From contig JAQGDQ010002124.1 of assembly GCA_030141605.1 (NCBI GenBank), positions 1-14,155 of the forward strand: a stretch of DNA of 14,155 nt, read 5' to 3'. Every line of letters begins with the position of its first letter. The first letter of the stretch is position 1. The translations under genes and the position numbers were made by a program. The DNA comes from Tubiluchus corallicola (taxonomy: Eukaryota; Animalia; Priapulida). Under the pieces are notes generated by a model. It worked only from the letters and a program-made list of their open reading frames with translations. It was not told the origin of the DNA and did not search any database. Shown here in pieces: positions 8,814 through 14,155 of the stretch.

Positions 8814-11800
8814 GATATCCGGCATGGGTTGTGGGTCATAAGCCAGAAACATGTTATATGGGAAGTGGGTGTTCTAACTATATATGGAAGTTAATACTCA
8901 TCTCACTTATAGAGTTAATTATGCTAATTATAAATTACTTTAAAATTTAAAAAAATTAATAATCGGTTTTTGGGTCATATATATTTTTCTATATAAAATG
9001 CGGAGATGCCCTCTTCGAGGTTATATACATATGCCATATATATTTAACCCATAATGGGCATTCCCGCATATTCCTGCATTCCTGTTTTGCAAAGTACAAC
9101 ATCTATGTAGTGTTTATTCAGTAGGATTGGCTTATCGTCCTTTCGTAATCGGGCCAAATTTACACCAAAATTTGAACGTAAACTGGGTTTAATACATACA
9201 GCGTCGCCAGACTTGCCATTGTCTCTGACAAGGCGGGCAAAGCGAAACACGCAACTGGGGCTCACGAAACTCAAAATATATAATGACAGACGCTGCGCTA
9301 TTATAAGTATAATTAAGCAGTTAAAGTATTAATAAAACTAAATTCTTATAAAATACTTATTTTAGACATGCGAATAGCGAAAATATGCATGTAGGCGTAT
9401 TTAATAGTAATATTGGAATATTACCATCGGATATTTTACGATGAGTATACTACAAGAATACATTTATTATGAGCTGTGAGGAGCTTTTCACGTTTACTTC
9501 TGATTAAAAAATTAATTTGCACTCGCATGCATTTATCATAAATAGTAAATCTGATGCGCGACTGTACGGTATGGAAGTGTGCTGACTAGATAGCTCTATT
9601 TATTACAGCATTAGGCTGTTATGTTTAATTTGTAAAAAAAGATTATTGCGAATGTGCCGCTAGAATAATTTCTACCTAGGTTGCATATGTTGGACATGGT
9701 GCATCAAAATATCTTCTTATCTAATTAAGTAGCACCAACATTATATTGCAGACTCGTGGTTCTAAATTTCATGTCTGACAAGAGGCAAGGAATAAAAATG
9801 GGCGCCTAAACACCAAAAAGTATTAGCAAAATTAAACAGAAAACAAAAAAGTTTACAGTTTACTTTTGAATTCTGAATGGTAATTTATGTAACTTAATTT
9901 GGTCCAAGAAATCTGTCACCAGACAATTAATTCATTTCAGTTATTAAATCGCTTATTTTGAACTGAAGAAACCCGACAGATATTTTACATTGCACTCACT
10001 GGGAGACTGAACACGTGAACCGTGCAGCGACGGGCGCGTTCTCAAAACATCGTTTATACTGTACAATACACTTATTATAAACGGTGTACTGTACAGTATA
10101 AACGGTGTGTTAGTCATCATGTTGGGCTTGTTCACTGAGGCAGAAACGTACGTGCATTCTTCGTGAGGCTCAAAAAAACAAAACAACGTAAAAGAAAGCT
10201 ACACAAGCAGTCATTTGTAATTGAAGATATCTGGAACAGAAGTATGCAAATGAAATTCAAAAAATGTAGCCAATACATGTATATGCACAATTTTTTGGGA
10301 GACTGAGCTGAGGAAAGTGCAACCTGGGCTGGGAACACTGCACAGTGGACTGCAGAACAAACTTTAATGTATATGTATTTTTGCGATATCCTAAATAGCA
10401 ATCTCATATTCATTCCCATCCATGTCATTTCACTAATCTAATCATACTAATTTCCATCTCCTGCACTCTCCACTATCATTCCATCATTTTTACCTTCCTT
10501 TTTTGCACCCTAACACCAGCACCATTAATTGCATTATAGTCACACAAGTATTGCTTCTGACTATAATGCAAGCAACAATTTATATAGATATCATGTCATG
10601 TCCATTTTGTATTTTGCTATATTGTTATTTGTTTTAATGATAAAAAATTTGTGCTGTGTTCTATTTTTCTTTTTATTACAATATGGTATGGTTATTTTTT
10701 TCTGTACAAATTTGTAAATTATTCTTTTATTTTTAAACTAACAATGATCAACATTAGTCAACTGTGAATAATAAAGCTTTCCTCATGAAAAAAAGCTTTC
10801 ATGCCTATATACATCATTATTTAAACTAAATTTTTGGAGTTATCTTATTACACTTTAGAACACCTCATGAATAATTACCAAAAATTCTGTTCCCTTCATT
10901 TACACCACAACACCAATTTCTATTTCTTCCATAATTATAATTCCTGTCACACAAAATTGGCTCTTACTAAGCTGTTAATAATTATTATTCTAAGGCGAGG
11001 TTTCTAGCTACCCGGCTTTGCCACTAACTAGCCTGTTGCAGAAATTGCGTCTAGACAATAAGGGTCATACTGTCCGACTTCTTTACTTTGTTTTAAACAG
11101 CTTTTTGATGCATTTTAATGAAAAATTTAAATTGGAACTGGTAAACCTTTAAAATAAATTGAAACAAAAGAACAAGTTGTATTTAAAACTTTACACCAAA
11201 ATTTCATGAGAAAAATTAATTTTTTATTTATAACCAAAAGTAACCTCAGCTTAGCATAATTACTGTTAAACTATTACAGTAACAATGAAATTGTAGTGAA
11301 ATGCCTGTCTGTATTGACCACCTGTCACAACATTTGACGATTTCCATTTACTGTCGACAATTTGAACAAAAATCTTGAATTACTAACAGCAACAACACTA
11401 CAATGATGATTGAATTCAAAATTGAAAACCAGGAAAAATACTTGAGTGACAGTCGCACCTTACCATTACACTATTACAGCATTACTATTCGACCACAACA
11501 TACGGAACTAAACTTTACCAACAAAATTTCTCAGTATGTGCAGTTTTCTGAAAAAAAGATTTCAATTGATAAATTTAAAAACAACTGCAATGTTAAAAAC
11601 AATTTTTTGTAATAGCAATAATGTCTTTTTTTACATTGAATGACAACCAATGTCACATCTTGAATATGCCAAGTTAGGTATTTTTTATTTCAATACAACT
11701 GTTTTTAACTTTCAATTTATTTAACACTAAAAGAAAAAGAATTGAAATACTGAACGATTACACATTAAGTAATGTCTTTTTTTAAATAAAGAGCAAAAAC

Positions 11801-11980
11801 TAGTGCAATTCTGTACTGAATTCCAAGATGTTTTAACAAAAGCGCAACTGTAGCCTACAAATTCAACACTGAATTGATAACATAATAATTATTCATTTAA
11901 AAAAATCAGTCCTAACTTTAGAAATTAAAATGTCCTGTAGGTCGGAATGAGTCAGCCTTGTAAGCAAAAGATATGGTGAT

Positions 11981-12309
11981 TCAGGACTTCATCAAGTACT
12001 GCAATTTTGATTTTATACCTGCATATCCACGTTTTTCTTTGATCGAAGGGTGTTTCTTGAAAAAAGAATCCATTTGTTGCTTAGAAGGATATGTTTGATT
12101 TGCAAGGTGCAGCGCAAATTGTTTTTTTAAAATATCTGTTTCGTCTGCACTCCAACGGTTTCGGCTATGAAGAAGTCTCTTTATTTGCAAATGCTTGCCA
12201 CAGCTTTTCTTTTTGTTTGACGGTCCTAACATATCACTTTCAATATCAGACTCGCTGTCAGAAGAAATTTTGCACGTGCGTTTTTTCTTAGGCATTTTCT
12301 TGACACCGG
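11981..12309 (-). pseudogene. C-terminal part of the Crypton-like protein: basic/acidic linker plus Myb/SANT-like domain
   Basis: PKKKR...SSDSESDIESD linker, then RNRWSADETDILKKQFALHLANQTYPSKQQMDSFFKKHPSIKEKRGYAGIKSKLQYLMKS*. This fits the W(S/T)..E...L...F........P.......R....IK pattern that ends proteins of this family. Confidence 0.7.
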
Positions 12310-12404
12310 AAAGCATCCCGGGTGGATGTAGCACTGTAACTTTTTTGGAGACCCCGTTTCCTGTAGTTTGATTTTGAACCTTCCAAGTTCTCTCATTCTC
12401 TGAG
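12310..12404 (-). pseudogene. Crypton-like protein, segment following the zinc-finger region (not shown in the ORF track frame)
   Basis: Minus-strand frame CAG AGA ATG AGA GAA CTT GGA AGG TTC... reads QRMRELGRFKIKLQETGSPKKLQCYIHPGCF, matching the family motif Q(K/R)MRELGR...I.P..F. Confidence 0.75.
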
Positions 12405-12980
12405 GAAGGCTGAAAATGGTCGTCGAGTGTATGACAAGAGTTTGGCATGCTTATATTGCGATAAAATTTTGAAACATCGTATAATGGATCACCTTTTTCC
12501 TTGCCATCCGAATGAAAAAGAAGTGGCTAAAGCTATGGCACAAAAGACTGCAACAGAGAGAAGACGAATACAAATCAAAATCAAAAACTTTGGTAATTTC
12601 CGTCACAATATTGAAGTGTTAAAACAAAAAAGGAGAACTCATCGTCAAAAAGCGTTCTCGCAATGACAAGCAAAGGAAGTCTGGTGATTATTTGCCTTGT
12701 TGTTATTGCTTCACTTTCTGCCTAAAGAAAGAACTTTTCCGTCATGTGCGTAGTTGCGTTGAGAACCCCGGAACGGTTAGAAGTAAAACAGCATCAGTTG
12801 TTGCATCGTCAAGAATACTACTTGCATCCAGTGTGAAGACACGCTCTCGGATAAATGATGACTCCATGAAAGAGTTAAAAGAACAAGTAACGGACAAAAT
12901 GGTGGCTCAGGATGAACTGATTGTGTTATTGGGCAACATTTTATTAACCAAACTTGGCCCAAGACGACGCCATTCCATGT
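12405..12980 (+). pseudogene. Inverted N-terminal zinc-finger region of the Crypton-like protein, with a +1 frameshift at the A-run 12626-12631
   Basis: KAENGRRVYDKSLACLYC...IMDHLFPCHPNEKEV...ERR...NFGNFRHNIEVLKQK / GELIVKKR...DYLPCCYCFTFCLKKELFRHVRSC...DELIVLLG...LGPRRRHSM. The CxxC..H..H, GN..HN, GELIV and DYLPCxxC..H..C motifs are typical of this animal transposon-derived family (recalled as PANTHER PTHR33480-like; needs verification). Confidence 0.85.
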
Positions 12981-13449
12981 GGACCTGAAATTAAATTAGC
13001 AACAACGTGAATCTAAAAAGTACTGACGATTGCGTCATAATCAATAACAGGACAATATGTTGAAAAATAGACTTGTTAATTTTGCCTTGAGCTTTGAATT
13101 TCCAAAAACATTAGCAATTTGATTCAGCTTAAACATGAGTAAAATTCATTTTGATTATGAACTTGAATGATATATTCAACTTGATATAACTTGAAAAATA
13201 CAATAATTGTCTAGCTCAGTTTGGTTAGTTAAAAAAACAGTTTATCAAAGCTAATACAAATGCCTTGATTTGTGCACTATATTTGATTTGTGCACTATCA
13301 CTATGGATGTTTATTCAAGAAAAGAATAATGTAAAAAAATTGTATGCTGTATGCATAATACTTGTCACCAAAGCAATGTACCTAGAATGCACAATTGTCA
13401 AACATGCTTGCAAATAAACAGTTTTAAACATTAATAGTTTTATCTTTAC

Positions 13450-13533
13450 CTGTTTCGCGACAACAATATTTTCCTTCAAGTAATCCACTTCTTATGTGTA
13501 CTAAGCGGATATCAAGAACTTTGCCGTTTGGCC
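13450..13533 (-). CDS. Putative upstream 84-nt exon of the Crypton-like gene
   Basis: Acceptor cttaattgtag|GG and donor ACAG|gtaaag; open phase-1/phase-1 frame PNGKVLDIRLVHIRSGLLEGKYCCRET. The next acceptor, gctaatttaatttcag|GT, is at 12985/12984. Confidence 0.6.
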
Positions 13534-13637
13534 CTACAATTAAGAAGTAGTGTTTATTTAGCAGTGTTTTTTTATATCATATATGTAATTTTTGTATTCC
13601 TTTATGTATTTTAGGACATTTTTAATTAATAGAGTCG

Positions 13638-13772
13638 CTACAGCCGCGCCGTTTCAGCTGAGCTCCAGCCGGTTTATTTCTACAGTCTAGCTAGCCGATA
13701 AAAAAATCCAGCTATAGTCATGCCAGCCGCTCAGTGAGGGAGTCAAGCTAGCCGACATTTTTGCTGGCTGTG
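13638..13772. repeat. Subterminal-type short repeat array (five AGCCG, often CTAGCCG/CCAGCCG)
   Basis: AGCCG starts at 13642, 13667, 13693, 13725 and 13750 (spacings 25, 26, 32, 25), in a GC-rich island within AT-rich DNA. Confidence 0.65.
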
Positions 13773-14155
13773 AAGTTTTTTGCTCTTGAGATATTAAACT
13801 TTAGAAATTTTTGAACGAGAAAGCTGGTCAATTCAAAAAAATACACAAATAGACAACGTTAGTCACGCGTATGAGATCAATTCTGATGTTTTGGTATAGA
13901 TTCCATCGGTAATCAAGTTAAGCCTTGCCAAGAGTTTGATTTAAATTATACTTGCAATAAATCAATTGCTTTTTTATAATAATAAAAAATTGATCTCTAA
14001 TGCATTATATGAAATTGTACATCAGCTTTTTTCTGTGTACAAGCAACACAAATTATTTAAAAAAATTGTCTTCATAATCTAACAGTTACCTAATGATTTA
14101 TTATATATTTAGTTTAACAAAAATTCGTAGCTTTAGCTGACTCAGATGACTCAGA

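Larger units (their letters stand above)
10995..13772 (-). mobile_element. Defective Crypton-like (tyrosine-recombinase family) DNA transposon, internally inverted and deleted; boundaries approximate
   Basis: Coding fragments listed below. GC-rich AGCCG/CTAGC motif cluster at 13638-13772 ending ...TGCTGGCTGTG. A weaker related cluster at ~11004-11033 includes one inverted CGGCT. The minus strand is T-rich, like a 3'UTR, from 11980 to ~11080. Confidence 0.55.

Noticed and set aside
9044-9274. TTAA-CCC piggyBac-like end and a 76-aa minus-strand ORF
   Set aside because: No GGG-TTAA partner end was found, and the ORF has no recognisable motif.
9953-11612. Short ORFs of 62-98 aa in the AT-rich middle region
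   Set aside because: Compositionally biased, with no motifs or consistent splice structure.
11981-12448. ORF-track 155-aa protein as a standalone Myb gene divergent from a zinc-finger gene
   Set aside because: Its N-terminal ~45 aa cross the inversion and deletion junctions in the wrong frame; both pieces belong to one rearranged gene.
13212-13228. TAGCTCAGTTTGGTTAG resembling a tRNA D-arm/A box
   Set aside because: No anticodon arm, B box or acceptor stem follows.
14136-14155. Tandem TGACTCA (AP-1/ARE-like) motifs
   Set aside because: A short 9-bp duplication at the window edge, 10 kb from the peroxidase start; it cannot be assessed here.

Overview
AT-rich, intron-containing animal (probably invertebrate) genomic DNA; nothing here looks prokaryotic. 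Left third: the 5' four coding exons of a secreted animal heme peroxidase on the minus strand (ATG at 4009; exons 3996-4009, 2339-2457, 1644-1761, 857-1071; all GT-AG and phase-compatible), continuing off the left edge. Just upstream on the same strand lie a frameshifted CR1/L2-type LINE ORF1 with an SGNH/GDSL esterase domain and no ORF2 (4321-6100), and a separate decayed LINE AP-endonuclease fragment (~6316-6800). The middle (7.0-11.0 kb) is mostly unexplained non-coding DNA with small repeat remnants. Right third: a spliced, Crypton-like (tyrosine-recombinase-family) transposon gene on the minus strand, disabled by a clean ~576-bp internal inversion (12405-12980) and apparent deletion of the recombinase core. 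Re-inverting that segment restores the reading frame at both junctions. Family assignments come from motif recognition, not database searches. I see no convincing evidence of a new biological system; the inversion is the most striking structure.
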